The notes beneath the pieces were generated by a model. That model searched no databases and was not told the origin of the DNA. It saw nothing but the letters and a program-made list of their open reading frames with translations. A stretch of 64,000 nucleotides of DNA from positions 8,998-72,997 of the forward strand of contig CAVOZX010000027.1 in assembly GCA_963701365.1 (NCBI GenBank). Direction: 5' to 3'. Source of the DNA: an uncultured Actinomycetota bacterium (GTDB lineage Bacteria > Actinomycetota > Actinomycetes > Actinomycetales > Microbacteriaceae). The translations under genes were made by a program, and so were the position numbers. Of this stretch, positions 63,529 to 64,000 are shown in pieces (the first letter of the stretch is position 1; every line of letters begins with the position of its first letter).

Positions 63529-64000
63529 GTGGACCCCTCGCAGCCCCGTCGGACGAACCCGGGCGCGCTGTGGGGCGCTCGATTCGGGTCCGGCCCCGCA
63601 CCGGAACTGACGGAACTGAGCCGGTCCACGCACTTCGACTGGGTGCTCGCACCGTATGACATCGCCGGCTCCCACGCGCACGCGACCGCGCTCGCGCGTG
63701 CGGGCTACCTCGACCCGGACGAGGCCGAACGGATGCACGCCGGGCTGGATGCGCTGAGCGCGGCCCTGGCCGACGGCACGCTCGCGCCCGGCGCCGGGGA
63801 CGAGGACGTCCACGGCGCACTGGAAGCCGCCCTGATAGACGAGCTCGGCCCCGAACTGGGGGGCAAGCTCCGCGCGGGTCGCAGCCGCAACGACCAGGTC
63901 GCCACCCTCGTGCGGCTGTACCTGCTGGACCACGCCGCGATCGTCGGTCGCGGCATCCTCGCGCTGCTGGACGCGATCGTCGCGCAGGCGGAGGCGGCCG
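63529..64000 (+). CDS. argH: Argininosuccinate lyase, 5' part (runs off the window end)
   Basis: Manual translation gives LWGARF, STHFDW, DEDVH and [12 protein letters not shown]. Confidence 0.92.
   Translation, partial: MDPSQPRRTNPGALWGARFGSGPAPELTELSRSTHFDWVLAPYDIAGSHAHATALARAGYLDPDEAERMHAGLDALSAALADGTLAPGAGDEDVHGALEAALIDELGPELGGKLRAGRSRNDQVATLVRLYLLDHAAIVGRGILALLDAIVAQAEAA

Overview
High-GC actinobacterial chromosome segment. Gene content and order point to Microbacteriaceae, most likely Microbacterium-like (inference). It is mostly core housekeeping DNA: ppc (partial), nhaA-mazG-hisS, eno-ftsB-DUF501-S8 protease-ndh, tRNA-Leu(UAA), lemA-htpX, dapB, thyA-folA-dapA-rnj, ftsK-pgsA-cinA-clgR-like-recA-recX, an ABC exporter, miaB-miaA-dapF-hflX, metF-metE, lexA/LysM, hisC-hisB-hisH-priA, infC-rpmI-rplT, gluABCD, pheST and argCJBDF-[membrane protein]-argH (partial). 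The main anomaly is a 722-bp, integrase-free, less GC-rich islet at about 12412-13170. It is bounded by a perfect 37-bp direct repeat inside the 3' end of a GNAT gene, supplies a replacement C-terminus for that gene, leaves the original C-terminus stranded, and carries one XRE-HTH/2-TM gene behind six TGGCG repeats spaced exactly 11 bp apart. Other points of interest are a switch-like structured leader upstream of metF-metE, a structured infC leader with an ATC start, SOS/PafBC/SigH-type promoter motifs and apparently pervasive leaderless transcription. No CRISPR array, transposase, integrase or rRNA was seen. All calls were made by eye from sequence and motifs; no searches were run.
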